Counted from the first letter of the stretch, positions 1 to 14,369 are shown. The stretch: 64,000 bases of DNA from Pecten maximus (GCF_902652985.1 NC_047027.1:8990001-9054000); one strand, 5' to 3'. Translations and numbers: made by a program. The notes: generated by a model not told the origin, from the sequence alone.

Positions 1-265
1 TACTGACAAATCTATACTGACCACCTGTCTATCATATACTGACATGTCTATGCTGACCACCTTCCTATACTGACATATATACTGACCACCTGCCTATACT
101 GACAACATATGATTATTATCAACCACCTGTCTTATCTGACCATCAGTCTTTACTGACCACCTGTCTATACTGACATAATGATAACCATCTGTCTGTACTG
201 AAAACATTATGTTATAACCAGATGTCTTACCGAACCATCTGTTTATTCTGACCGCCTGTATATTC
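1..265. repeat. Degenerate ~17-bp repeat (TACTGACCACCTGTCTA)
   Basis: Recurrent motif visible in the sequence. Confidence 0.6.
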
Positions 266-269
266 TAAA

Positions 270-2151
270 TCATGACTATTTAGGACAGCTCTGGTCTCTT
301 ACTGACAACATGACTATTTAGGACAGCTCTATAGTCTCTTACTGACAACATAATTATTTAGAACAGCTCTAGTCTCTTACTGACAATATGACTATTTAGG
401 ACAGCTCTATAGTCTCTTACTGACAACATAACTATTTAGGACAGCTCTATAGTCTCTTACTGACAACATAACTATTTAGGACAGCTCTGGTCTCTTACTG
501 ACAATATGACTATTTAGGACAGCTCTATAGTCTCTTACTGACAACATAACTATTTAGGACAGCTCTGGTCTCTTACTGACAACATGACTATTTAGGACAG
601 CTCTGGTCTCTTACTGACAATATGACTATTTAGGACAGCTCTAAAGTCTCTTTCTGACAACATGACTATTTAGAGGACAGCTCTAGTCTCTTACTGACAA
701 CATAACTATTTAGGACAGCTCTAGTCTCTTACTGACAACATGACTATTTAGGACAGCTCTGGTCTCTTACTGACAACATAACTATTTAGGACAGCTCTAG
801 TCTCTTACTGACAATATGACTATTTAGGACAGCTCTGATCTCTGTCTGACAACATGACTATTTAGGACAGATCTGGTCTCTTACTGACAACATGACTATT
901 TAGGACAGCTCTATAGTCTCTTACTGACAACATGACTATTAGGACAGCTCTGGTCTCTTACTGACAACATAACTATTTAGGACAGCTCTAGTCTCTTACT
1001 GACAATATGACTATTTAGGACAGCTCTGATCTCTGTCTGACAACATGACTATTTAGGACAGCTCTAGTCTCTTACTGACAACATGACTATTTAGGACAGC
1101 TCTAGTCTCTTACTGACAACATGACTATTTAGGACAGCTCTATAGTCTCTTACTGACAACATGACTATTTAGGACAGCTCTGGTCTCTTACTGACAACAT
1201 GACTATTTAGGACAGCTCTGGTGTCTTACTGACAACATAACTATTTAGGACAGCTCTTATCTCTTACTGACAACATGATTATTTAGGACAGCTCTGATCT
1301 CTTACTGACAATATGACTATTTAGGACAGCTCTAGTCTCTTACTGACAACATGACTATTTAGGACAGCTCTAGTCTCTTACTGACAATATGACTATTTAG
1401 GACAGCTCTTATCTCTTACTGACAACATGATTATTTAGGACAGCTCTGATCTCTTACTGACAATATGACTATTTAGGACAGCTCTAGTCTCTTACTGACA
1501 ACATGACTATTTAGGACAGCTCTAGTCTCTTACTGACAACATAACTATTTAGGGCAGCTCTAATCTCTTACTGACAACATAACTATTTAGGACAGCTCTA
1601 ATCTCTTACTGACAACATGACTATTTAGGACAGCTCTTATCTCTTACTGACAACATGATTATTTAGGACAGCTCTGATCTCTTACTGACAATATGACTAT
1701 TTAGGACAGCTCTAGTCTCTTACTGACAACATGACTATTTAGGACAGCTCTAGTCTCTTTCTGACAACATAACTATTTAGGACAGCTCTGGTGTCTTACT
1801 GACAACATGACTATTTAGGACAGCTCTGGTCTCTTACTAACAATATGACTATTTAGGACAGCTCTAGTCTCTTACAGACAACATAACTATTTAGGACAGC
1901 TCTGGTCTCTTACTGACAACATAACTATTTAGGACAGCTCTGGTCTCTTACAGACAACATAACTATTTAGGACAGCTCTGGTCTCTTACTGACAACATAA
2001 CTATTTAGGACAGCTCTGGTCTCTTACTGACAACATAACTATTTAGGACAGCTCTAGTCTCTTACTGACAACATGACTATTTAGGACAGCTCTGGTCTCT
2101 TACTGACAATATGACAATTTAGGACAGCTCTGATCTCTTACTGACAACATG
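270..2151. repeat. 37-39-bp minisatellite (CTGACAACATGACTATTTAGGACAGCTCTGGTCTCTTA), about 50 copies
   Basis: Direct tandem periodicity. Confidence 0.97.
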
Positions 2152-2948
2152 TGCCAACTTGCACATAACTATGCCATAGATTTTTGTGTTAGATTTTTAT
2201 CTCTGATATATCTTGTAAATTTTACATGGGATACTGCTCTGTTATAAAAGAGTTTGTGCGTACAAGACCCAGCTTGTGACGAGAGGTTTGGCACTAAGAA
2301 CACAAAGCTACTAGCACTACCATGTATAGTATTGAGTGTTTGTATTTCTGGCCAGCATCAGTACCCAGGGAATCTACCTGGGACCTCGCCTATACCACTG
2401 CTGATTATTCACAACACAAAAGCGACCATGGCTTGCTTGAGCGACTCAACAGCCAGAGTAGTTTCGCCTGAGTGACCTGGGGCTCGGCACTGGAGCTAGG
2501 TGTGACATCCCAAGCTGATGGGACCACTAGTGGATTCTATACTGCAGTTGTAGGAGATTTTATGGATGAATTTTACAGTACTTACAAAGGATATTACAGT
2601 ACATCATTAATTGGTGATACATACCTCGCAGTAAATGTTGGAATGTAGGACATTTTGTGGAATTGGTATCTTCAGTTTCTATCGGATATTTAATGGATGG
2701 ACATTTTGATGTGTTTGAGAAGCATTATTGACAGTCAGTATGATATTACAGTGGTGAATGTGTCATAGTGGCATTAGTAGTGTAAAATCTGTGAATAGTG
2801 GCCTTATTCTGATACAAGTGTGATATAAGAGGCATATTTTGTTTGGATAGAAAAATCCCAAAACAAAATCATTAAATGCAGAAGAGAAAGAAATATTCTT
2901 GAGAGCTAGTTTTGTGAGTTCTGACGTGGAATTTTAATACCTGTCGCC

Positions 2949-3057
2949 ATGGGCACCAAGTTTTCACGCCTTGTTGAGGTTGTAAATAAGGCACGAAACC
3001 AAAGGAACAATTCAACATCTAGAATCCCTCCATCGGAGAGCTCTGCCAGTACAGCAG
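2949..3057 (+). CDS. SPA17: Candidate (alternative) first coding exon, MGTKFSRLVEVVNKARNQRNNSTSRIPPSESSASTA, with N-myristoylation consensus MGxxxS
   Basis: Strong Kozak gtcgccATGG; open frame to donor CAG|GTAGGG in phase 1, which matches the phase-1 acceptor of the next exon. Confidence 0.7.
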
Positions 3058-4750
3058 GTAGGGTCACAGGTCACAGGGTCATTTTGTAAAGGTCATAGAA
3101 CATTGATGAAATCACAAGGTTGGAGGATAAAGGTCATGTAGAATAGACGAAAGCATGCAGGGTCATTGATCCTTGGGTTGTTTGTAATCATTGAGAGTTA
3201 CTTCCAAACAGCCATGTTAAATGTTATAGGAGCATGTGTAAAGGTCACACTATCCCCTAATGTAAAGGCCACATCTTTGATGATGCCAAAGAGATCAGTC
3301 TTCATGTAATTTGTTCCTGTAAAGATATTCATAAAGCTATAATTTAAAGTCATCACTTTTATGATCAGAACGTCATGAGGTTGAAGATATGATGGGTGTA
3401 ATTATGGGTCGTAATATCATAGGGTTGACCTATAGAATGAGGGATGGTCTTACAAGTAAAAACCTCTACAACATACAGACATCATTGTCTGGGAATATGA
3501 AGGGTGTTAGAGGTTGAACCTGGATGTCAGCTTTATGTACAGAATGGGTGATAGCCTTTCAAAATAAAACCCTGTCCCACGTACAGCACTAAGGTATTCA
3601 TTGATCCCACACTGTGGCTGAGCGTCATACAGGTTGTGTCGGATCAATGCCAGACCCCACTGTCAGGAACGTTTTACCTCGTGCTGACAGAATAAAAAGG
3701 ATGGCTGCCACTTCCTGTTAAAATATTTCAAATTGTCTTCATCACAGCATTGATCTGCTGAATCATTCAACAGTTTTCACAGGGTGTTCAGGACTTTTTC
3801 TGATGGCCTTTTGGGGGGTGGGGCCAAGATTGAGCCCCAGTTTTCCAACTGAAATATATTTAAGTCTGAAATTAATTTGCTCCTGGAAATGTCCTTTTCT
3901 CCTTTCACCAATTGGATAAGTTTAGACAAAAAAGACTCCATCGCAATTGTCTGAAGAGTAATATCCTACTATAGTTTTACATGTAAATGTGCACTGTATA
4001 TATATAAGAATGGTGTTCAGTGGCAATTTTTTCAAACATTGGTAACTGAGTAGTATATCTCATCACCCAACTATACATATATCATTTAAATTTAGAAGCT
4101 ACTTGCATGTGTTGGATAAATTTCACAGGAACAGTCAGAATTGTTTTAGGCAGACATGTGTGACGATATAAATAATGCTAGCTAGGAGTATAGATATTGG
4201 TCCTGTACTGATGCCAGGGTGTATTGATTAAAGGGCCTGGCTACTACTTCCTACTGAAGCTGGCTGTTTCCTAGACCAGCCTGCATGTCATGTATAACGG
4301 CAATCATGTGTGAAGTGTTTGATTTTTTACTGTCCAGCTTTTTATGCCTCTGTAGCCATCCCCCTCAATTAAATGTTTGTCGAAACCAATTACTCTTGTT
4401 AGAGTTCAAACATATTGGTTTTTATCTGTCAGTGACCTGATTGATTGATGTGGTGGCGTCGCAGAGCGGTCTGATCAGGGATAGGAAGGAAGTGAAAAAA
4501 CAAATGAGGGAAAAAATAAAATGAAAAAGTGCTTATAAGGCAGGTTTCTTTTTTGAGAACTTTATGTTAAAGTACTAATGGGAGATGATTTATGAATAAT
4601 AATAAGTATATGTTACACACAGAACACTCACTAGTAAGAATAACCAGAGCACTGGCTCACTAATAAATCATCGTCGTCATCGTCGTTGTCGTCGTCTTCA
4701 TTTAAATGATAAAAAAATAAGTCACTATTGTTTATTTTTCTGTTTGACAG

Positions 4751-4821
4751 AGACCGGCCATGATCCTGCTGTCCATGGCGCTCGAATGGAGGATCGGTTC
4801 TACAATAATGACGCCTTCAGG
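4751..4821 (+). CDS. SPA17: Sp17 conserved central exon (E)TGHDPAVHGARMEDRFYNNDAFR
   Basis: Acceptor tttttctgtttgacag, donor AGG|GTATGT. Translation closely resembles vertebrate Sp17 FDPAEWGSKVEDRFYNNHAF (recalled, not searched). Confidence 0.92.
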
Positions 4822-5051
4822 GTATGTATATATATATAACTTATATAAAAGCTCTCTTGGTAAGCCTTCAGGGTATTTAAAAGCTCTCTTGGTAAGCCTT
4901 CAGGGTATGTATATATATATAACTTATATAAAAGCTCTCTTGGTAAGCCTTCAGAGTATTTAAAAGCTCTCTTGGTAAGCCTTCAGGGTATGTATATATA
5001 TATATAACTTATATAAAAGCTCTCTTGGTAAGCCTTCAGGGTATGTATATA
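4813..5051. repeat. Tandem repeats containing copies of the exon-2 splice donor (GCCTTCAGGGTATGT)
   Basis: Alternating long and short units sharing AAAAGCTCTCTTGGTAAGCCTTCAG. Confidence 0.9.
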
Positions 5052-6338
5052 TAGGGTAAACCTCCGGTTAGTTTGAACAAAATTAAATAAATATTGACAA
5101 ACCTGTTCAAATTATTCGAAATTATGCTTCAGAAAATAAGTGCGAGTTCGAACTATTCGAATCAATATCGGTGAAAATCTCGGCAGAGTAAAATCATTAG
5201 GCACAAACACATCCATCGTAAATCTGATACGTAATAACGGCGGCCTGAACAATGGCACATTTACAAGTAAGTAAAATGATAGTATTTCATTTAATTCAAT
5301 GTTAATTGATCGTTAACGTTCTTCATTTCGCGATAATTATGATGGTTATTGCGCGAAGCCGCTCGGGCAATGCGTAGCTACAGTACTGTCAGTAGGCCCC
5401 AAAACAGTACCGTACACGTTTCATTTGTGACACAAAAGTTAAACATTTGTACAGTGTAATCTTTGCATGGTTATATTTTTTATCTGAATGAGAAACTATC
5501 GCTATATTATTATAATAAATGGTCTCTTAAATACATCAAAAGCAGTCTACATAACCTGTTGCGTTTACGAAAGCACTACTGTAAAAATAGGCGATATATG
5601 TTGGTAAAATTAGGTCAGAACATCAACATGTCTGCTTTTAAATATGCCCAATCGTATTATCTACCAAACATAGTTGATACCTGCAAAATTATCCATCACT
5701 AATTGGGACACCTGTGGATTGTTTTGACTGGATATGAATGCTCTTCACGTCACTCAGCACGATCGGGCAGCCGATCCTTTCAACTATACCGCAGGCGACA
5801 CCTCGCGTAGCATGCTTACCTAGTGTGAGGTCGCAGGTTTTCAGGTAATACTTTGATTGGTAGTACTTAAGAGATGTCCAGTCACAATTAAATAATCATA
5901 ATGCTAAGTTAACACTAGTTATATGTGAAAATTCACGGACGATTTCTTAGTTTGCCATACACAGCACAAATACAAATATCGCATGTTATTTATACATTAT
6001 TGGGGCCTACATTTGCAAACAACTGTCTCGTGCGTGGTGTATTTTGCAATGTAACAAAAACTAAATTAACGCTAAAATATGTGGCATATATTAAATCACA
6101 GACGCATTCTAATGATCACGCATACAATCTAATAACCTAAACGTGCTTGTTGATCAAATTTAAATCTTGGCAATTTTTCTGGGCCGGTCATCGGGGTCGT
6201 CGCGAGCTTTCAATGGAGTTTGCCAGAAAAAATGTTACTTTACGTTCTTCATTTGACAAGTTTGAACTATCCGAAATGGTGTCTGTTATAAACAGCCAGA
6301 GTTCGAACTATTACTAGCTAAAAAATTACTGTTTTTCT
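5052..6338. mobile_element. Probable non-autonomous DNA transposon, 3'-truncated at the 32-bp satellite
   Basis: CpG-richer block; recurring GTT(C/T)GAACTA motif near both ends (about 5146, 6260, 6302); TIR-like start GTAAACCTCCGGTTAGTTTGAAC. Confidence 0.4.
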
Positions 6339-9300
6339 AGACTGTGTTAGGATGTCAAACTCCAGTCTTGTGACTGTGTTAGGATGTACAACTCCAGTCT
6401 TGTGACTGTGTTAGGATATACAACTCCAGTCTTGTGACTGTGTTAGGATGTACAACTCCAGTCTTTAGACTGTGTTAGGATATACAACTCCAGTCTTGTG
6501 ACTGTGTTAGGATGTACAATTCCAGTCTTGTGACTGTGTTAGGATGTACAATTCCAGTCTTGTGACTATGTTAGGAACAGTCTTGTGACTGTGTTAGGAT
6601 ATACAACTCCAGTCTTGTGACTGTTAGGATGTACAACTCCAGTCTTGTTACTGTGTTAGGATGTACAACTCCAGTCTTGTGACTGTGTTAGGATATACAA
6701 CTCCAGTTTTGTAACTGTGTTAGGATGTACAACTCCAGTCTTGTGACTGTGTTAGGATATACAACTCCAGTCTTGTGACTGTGTTAGGATGTACAACTCC
6801 AGTCTTGTGACTGTGTTAGGATATACAACTCCAGTCTTGTAACTGTGTTAGGATGTACAACTCCAGTCTTGTGACTGTGTTAGGATATACAACTCCAGTC
6901 TTGTGACTGTGTTAGGATATACAACTCCAGTCTTGTGACTGTGTTAGGATGTACAACTCCAGTCTTGTGACTGTGTTAGGATGTACAATTCCAGTCTTGT
7001 GACTGTGTTAGGATGAACAATTCCAGTCTTGTGACTATGTTAGGAACAGTCTTGTAACTGTGTTAGGATATACAACTCCAGTCTTGTGACTGTGTTAGGA
7101 TATACAACTCCAGTTTTGTAACTGTGTTAGGATGTACAACTCCAGTCTTGTGACTGTGTTAGGATATACAACTCCAGTCTTGTGACTGTGTTAGGATATA
7201 CAACTCCAGTCTTGTGACTGTGTTAGGATGTACAACTCCAGACTTGTGACTGTGTTAGGATGTCCAACTGAAGTCTTGTGACTGTGTTAGGATGTACAAC
7301 TCCAGTCTTATGACTGTGTTAGAATATACAACTCCAGTCTTGTGACTGTGTTAGGATGTACAACTCCGGACTTGTGACTGTGTTAGGATGTCCAGCTCCG
7401 GACTTGTGACTGTGTTAGGATGTCCAACTCCAGTCTTGTGACTGTGTTAGGATGTCCAACTCCAGTCTTGTGACTGTGTTAGGATGTACAACTCCAGTCT
7501 TGTGACTGTGTTAGGATGTACAACTCCAGTCTTGTGACTGTGTTAGGATGTACAATTCCAGTCTTGTGACTGTGTTAGGATGTACAATTCCAGTCTTGTG
7601 ACTGTGTTAGGATGTCCACCTCCAGGTCTTGTTACTGTGTTAGTATGTACAACTCCAGTCTTGTGACTGTGTTAGGATATACAACTCCAGTCTTGTGACT
7701 GTGTTAGGATATACAACTCCAGCCTAAATGTGACTGTGTTAGGATGTCCAACTCCAGTCTAAATGTGACTGTGTTAGGATGTACAACTCCAGATTTGTGA
7801 CTGTGTTAGGATGTCCAACTCCAGTCTTGTGACTGTGTTAGGATGTACAACTCCAGTCTTGTGACTGTGTTAGGATATACAACTCCAGTCTTGTGACTGT
7901 GTTAGGAAGTACAACTCCAGTCTTGTGACTGTGTTAGGATGTCCAACTTCTGTCTTGTGACTGTGTTAGGATGTACAACTCCAGTCTTGTGACTGTGTTA
8001 GGATGTACAACTCCAGTCTTGTGACTGTGTTAGGATGTACAACTCCAGTCTTGTGACTGTGTTAGGATGTCCAACTCCAGTCTTGTGACTGTGTTAGGAT
8101 ATACAACTCCAGTCTTGTGACTGTGTTAGGATGTACAACTCCAGTCTTGTGACTTTGTTAGGAACAGTCTTGTGACTGTGTTAGGATATACAACTCCAGT
8201 CTTGTGACTGTGTTAGGATGTACAACTCCAGTCTTGTGACTATGTTAGGATATACAACTCCAGTCTTGTGACTATGTTAGGATGTACAATTCCAGTCTTG
8301 TGACTGTGTTAGGATATACAACTCCAGTCTTGTGACTATGTTAGGATATACAACTCCAGTCTTGTGACTATGTTAGGATGTACAACTCCAGTCTTGTGAC
8401 TATGTTAGGATGTACAACTCCAGTCTTGTGACTGTGTTAGGATATACAACTCCAGTCTTTTGACTGTGTTAGGAAGTACAACTCCAGATATACAACTCCA
8501 GTCTTGTGACTGTGTTAGGATATACAACTCCAGTCTTGTGACTGTGTTAGGAAGTACAACTCCAGATATACAACTCCAGTCTTGTGACTGTGTTAGGATG
8601 TACAACTCCAGTCTTGTGACTGTGTTAGGATGTACAACTCCAGTCTTGTGACTGTGTTAGGATGTACAACTCCAGTCTTGTGACTGTGTTAGGAACAGTC
8701 TTGTGACTGTGTTAGGATGTACAACTCCAGTCTTGTGACTGTGTTAGGATGTACAACTCCAGTCTTGTGACTGTGTTAGGATGTACAACTCCAGTCTTGT
8801 GACTGTGTTAGGATGTACAACTCCAGTCTTGTGACTGTGTTAGGATATACAACTCCAGTCTTGTGACTGTGTTAGGATGTACAACTCCAGTCTTGTGACT
8901 GTGTTAGGATGTACAACTCCAGTCTTGTGACTGTGTTAGGATATACAACTCCAGTCTTGTGACTGTGTTAGGATGTACAACTCCAGTCTTGTGACTGTGT
9001 TAGGATGTACAACTCCAGTCTTGTGACTGTGTTAGGATGTACAACTCCAGTCTTGTGACTGTGTTAGGATATACAATTCCAGTCTTGTGACTGTGTTAGG
9101 ATGTACAACTCCAGTCTTATGACTGTGTCAGGATGTACAACTCCAGTCTTGTGACTGTGTTAGGATGTACAACTCCAGTCTTGTGACTGTGTTAGGATGT
9201 ACAACTCCAGACTTATGACTGTGTTAGGATGTACAACTCCAGACTTGTGACTGTGTTAGGATGTCAAACTCCAGTCTTGTGACTGTGTTAGGATATACAA

Positions 9301-12288
9301 TTCCAGTCTTGTGACTGTGTTAGGATGTACAACTCCAGTTTTGTAACTGTGTTAGGATGTACAACTCAAGTCTTGTGACTGTGTTAGGATGTCAAACTCC
9401 AGTCTTGTGACTGTGTTAGGATATACAACTCCAGTCTTGTGACTGTGTTAGGATTTACAACTCCAGACTTGTGACTGTGTTAGGATATACAACTCCAGTC
9501 TTGTGACTGTGTTAGGATGTACAACTCCAGTCTTGTGACTGTGTTAGGATGTCAACTCCAGTCTTGTGACTGTGTTAGGATATACAACTCCAGTCTTGTG
9601 ACTGTGTTAGGATATACAACTCCAGTCTTGTGACTGTGTTAGGATGTCCAACTCCAGTCTTGTGACTGTGTTAGGATATACAACTCCAGTCTTGTGACTG
9701 TGTTAGGATGTACAACTCCAGTCTTGTGACTGTGTTAGGATGTACAACTCCAGTCTTGTGACTGTGTTAGGATGTACAACTCCAGTCTTGTGACTGTGTT
9801 AGGATGTACAACTCCAGTCTTATGACTGTGTTAGGATGTACAACTCCAGTCTTGTGACTGTGTTAGGATGTACAACTCCAGTCTTGTGACTGTGTTAGGA
9901 TGTACAACTCCAGTCTTGTGACTGTGTTAGGATATACAACTCCAGTCTTGTGACTGTGTTAGGATGTACAACTCCAGTCTTGTGACTGTGTTAGGATGTC
10001 CAGCTCCAGTCTTGTGACTGTGTTAGGATGTACAACTCCAGTCTTGTTACTGTGTTAGGATGTACAACTCCAGTCTTATGACTGTGTCAGGATGTACAAC
10101 TCCAGTCTTGTGACTGTGTTAGGATGTACAACTCCAGTCTTGTGACTGTGTTAGGATGTACAACTCCAGACTTGTGACTGTGTTAAGATATACAACTCCA
10201 GTCTTGTGACTGTGTTAGGATGTACAACTCCAGTCTTGTGACTGTGTTAGGATGTACAACTCCAGTCTTGTGACTGTGTTAGGATGTACAACTCCAGTCT
10301 TATGACTGTGTTAGGATGTACAACTCCAGTCTTGTGACTGTGTTAGGATGTACAACTCCAGTCTTGTGACTGTGTTAGGATGTACAACTCCAGACTTGTG
10401 ACTGTGTTAGGATGTACAACTCCAGTCTTGTGACTGTGTTAGGATGTACAACTCCAGTCTTGTGACTGTGTTAGGATGTACAACTCCAGTCTTATGACTG
10501 TGTTAGGATGTACAACTCCAGTCTTGTGACTGTGTTAGGATGTACAACTCCAGTCTTATGACTGTGTTAGGATGTACAACTCCAGTCTTGTGACTGTGTT
10601 AGGATGTACAACTCCAGTCTTGTGACTGTGTTAGGATATACAACTCCAGTCTTGTGACTGTGTTAGGATGTACAACTCCAGTCTTGTGACTGTGTTAGGA
10701 TGTACAACTCCAGTCTTGTGACTGTGTTAGGATGTACAACTCCAGTCTTGTGACTGTGTTAGGATGTCAAACTCCAGTTTTGTGACTATGTTAGGATGTC
10801 AAACTCCAGTTTTGTGACTGTGTTAGGATATACAACTCCAGTCTTGTTACTATGTTAGGAAGTACAACTCCAGATATACAACTCCAGTCTTGTGACTGTG
10901 TTAGGATGTAGAACTCCAGACTTGTGACTGTGTTAGGATGTACAACTCCAGTCTTGTGACTGTGTTAGGAACAGTCTTGTGACTGTGTTAGGATGTACAA
11001 CTCCAGTCTTGTGACTGTGTTAGGAAGTACAACTCCAGATTTGTGACTGTGTTAGGATGTACAACTCCAGTCTTGTGACTGTGTTAGGATGTACAACTCC
11101 AGTCTTGTGACTGTGTTAGGATGTACAACTCCAGTCTTGTGACTGTGTTAGGATGTACAACTCCAGTCTTGTGACTGTGTTAGGATGTACAACTCCAGTC
11201 TTGTGACTGTGTTAGGATATACAACTCCAGTCTTGTGACTGTGTTAGGATGTACAACTCCAGTCTTGTGACTGTGTTAGGATATACAACTCCAGTCTTGT
11301 GACTGTGTTAGGATGTACAACTCCAGTCTTGTGACTGTGTTAGGATGTACAACTCCAGTCTTGTGACTGTGTTAGGATGTACAACTCCAGTCTTGTGACT
11401 GTGTTAGGATGTACAACTCCAGTCTTGTGACTGTGTTAGGATGTACAACTCCAGTCTTGTGACTGTGTTAGGATGTACAACTCCAGTCTTGTTACTATGT
11501 TAGGATATACAACTCCAGTCTTGTGACTGTGTTAGGATATACAACTCCAGTCTTGTGACTGTGTTAGGATGTACAACTCCAGTCTTGTGACTGTGTTAGG
11601 ATATACAACTCCAGTCTTGTGACTATGTTAGGATGTACAACTCCAGTCTTGTGACTGTGTTAGGATATACAACTCCAGTCTTGTGACTATGTTAGGATAT
11701 ACAACTCCAGTCTTGTGACTTTGTTAGGATATACAACTCCAGTCTTGTGACTGTGTTAGGATGTACAACTCCAGTCTTGTGACTGTGTTAGGATATACAA
11801 CTCCAGTCTTGTGACTGTGTTAGGATGTACAACTCCAGTCTTGTGACTGTGTTAGGATGTCCAGCTCCAGTCTTGTGACTGTGTTAGGATATACAACTCC
11901 AGTCTTGTGACTGTGTTAGGATATACAACTCCAGTCTTGTGACTGTGTTAGGATGTCCAGCTCCAGTCTTGTGACTGTGTTAGGATGTACAACTCCAGTC
12001 TTGTGACTGTGTTAGGATGTACAACTCAAGTCTTGTTACTGTGTTAGGATATACAACTCCAGTCTTGTGACTTTGTTAGGATATACAACTCCAGTCTTAT
12101 GACTGTGTTAGGATGTACAACTCCAGTCTTGTGACTGTGTTAGGATGTCCAGCTCCAGTCTTGTGACTGTGTTAGGATATACAACTCCAGTCTTGTGACT
12201 GTGTTAGGATGTCCAGCTCCAGACTTGTGACTTTGTTAGGAACAGTCTTGTGACTGTGTTAGGATGTATAATTCCAGTCTTGTGACTT
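6339..12288. repeat. 32-bp satellite (GACTGTGTTAGGATGTACAACTCCAGTCTTGT), about 5.9 kb, about 185 copies
   Basis: Direct tandem periodicity with recurrent deletion and insertion variants. Confidence 0.98.
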
Positions 12289-13153
12289 TCAGCAAGTGTG
12301 TACTGTTGTTATATTTGATGCTGTAATATCACGCATGATTTGTTTATTTGATGATATAGCCATTAACTGTGTGTTCATTAGCCACAAACGGTCTATCTGG
12401 CTGATCAGACCTCCAGTATTGATTGATAGACAGGACGGAGTAGGGAGCTAGAGTGTTTACAGGTCTGTGGACGGCTCCATTTATCTCTGTCAAAATAGTT
12501 TGTTGAATGTGACCAGAGTTTGTTTGTTTATAAATAATAAGGAGGGCTAATGTCACTCTCTGACGAGCCTTAATTGACAAAGACTTTTAAGGCCTGTGTT
12601 AAAGTTCATATCTTCAGTTCCATCCTGATTGATGCTTTAAATTTTACATTTCTAAGAAGAATTGACAAAATGTTTTTTTTTCGGATAACTGGAATTCTAA
12701 AGCCCTTGGTGGACATCAGCATGTAGAGGGGGGATATAACTGGATGAGGATTATCTCTTCCCTTACAAAAAATTGTCCGGAACAAATAAAAAAACCCAAA
12801 CAAAGCAAAATTCTTTTACCAGCTAGCTGACACAAAACTGATGAGCCAGCAATGTTAGGATAATAGAGCTATACCCCCATGTTATATAACAGTATGATAA
12901 TTGCTAAGGTGCACAGCAGTTCCTATAAAATTTTGTACTTGTCAGTGCAGTTACAAGTCAGTTAGCACTAATGTGTCAACAGCAATCAATGAACACAGAC
13001 ACGTTCAAGTTTTCTGTTAATTTTTGATGAGAATGAGGAGACTAAATGTATCTTACTTAATGTTTTTAACAGCTTGCATTATTTGTATGAATGACAGTAC
13101 AACACTTAGTCAAAAGTGGGGAAAATATGAGATATCAAAAATGATTTCCATCT

Positions 13154-13281
13154 GGGGAGCAGTGGCCGAGTGGTTAAGATGTCCCAACACTTTATCACCT
13201 GAGCCCTCCACCTCTGAGTTGCGAGATCAGAATCCTCGTGGGGGTTAAATAGGACGTTACACAAAATAAATGAAACCAAAC
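13154..13281 (+). mobile_element. Internally deleted copy of the same SINE family
   Basis: Shares head (GTGGCCGAG...ACACTTTATCAC...CTCCACCTCTG) and tail (AATAGGA.GTTA.ACAAAATAAA..AAACCAAAC) with 54915-55148. Confidence 0.75.
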
Positions 13282-14369
13282 AGAGGTCACCAGGTTCTAG
13301 AAACATGTTAGTGATGAGAATTGTTGATATAGAAAATCCAGCATAATGCTGAAAATTGATTGAAATATTTTTTGAAGAAATGTTGTTTGGATCATATTGT
13401 ACCACATCTTAGATAGGATGATGTCCTGAGATCTTTTGTTACATAGATAAGTACTTTTACCAGGATTGAATCTCAGGGATCACTGTATAAAGTTAAGAGA
13501 CATGGAGAAAATTTTGCTGGCATAGTTTGTTCAAAGCTGATCATAGTCTCCCGCTTCAGGGAAAAATTAAAAAGCTATCCTTGTGAGAACAATGGTAAAT
13601 ATTTGTTCATAATTTCCTCCTGAGTATTAGATGTTAAAAAGATTAATGGAGGTCATTTATTTCCCCAATGTCCAGTGCTAGGGTACTGACATGAAACTCA
13701 GGACCTCAGGTTTGCTGGTCAGCATTGAGCTTTAGACATTTTCTGTAGCTTTGTCAGTTGAGGAAGTGACTACTGTTTTACCAGGGTTTAGTTACATATG
13801 ACTATACTAGTGGGAAAATATTCCAGGGGAAGAAATTTTAAAAGAAAATTCATGAATGAAAATCTGCTGGAAATTTTCCAAGGCAGTTCCAGTGCCTATT
13901 TTGGTGTTTCTGAATAAGTTGAATGATTTCCGTAGCTGTGGTATACCACACATGTTGGTAAATGTTCAGTTTAATAGCGATCTGGAGAGAATTGTGTGAG
14001 AACAGTCTGCCAGGTTTGAGAATTGATCTGATGGTGAAGATCCAAGTTTGTTTTTTTCCTTTATTGTTTTCCTAGTGGAATATTGCCAGCTATGCAGTCA
14101 GAGATATTGATTTGAGGTGAAAGGATGTACATTTTTTCTAGTGTATTTTTGTAGTTTTTTTTTATATTGATTTGAGGTGTTAGAGTGTACATGCACATTT
14201 TTTCTAATTTAAATCATTAGTTTTTTTTATCGATCAGTTTACTATTGCTTTTTGTATTGAAACTTCACAGAAAGTTTTAAAAAATTGATTAAACTGATGC
14301 TGCATTTAGTTGGAAAGTTTGTCAGAGTTTGACTTGTTTAAAGCTCTGAAACCAATGATAAATTGTGCT

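Noticed and set aside
2254-2475. 73-aa ORF upstream of the first exon
   Set aside because: Non-ATG start and no recognisable motif; more likely 5' UTR or promoter sequence.
6339-12288. CRISPR-like 32-bp repeats, and similarly the 36-38-bp arrays
   Set aside because: Head-to-tail units with no unique spacers, no cas genes, and a eukaryotic intron context.
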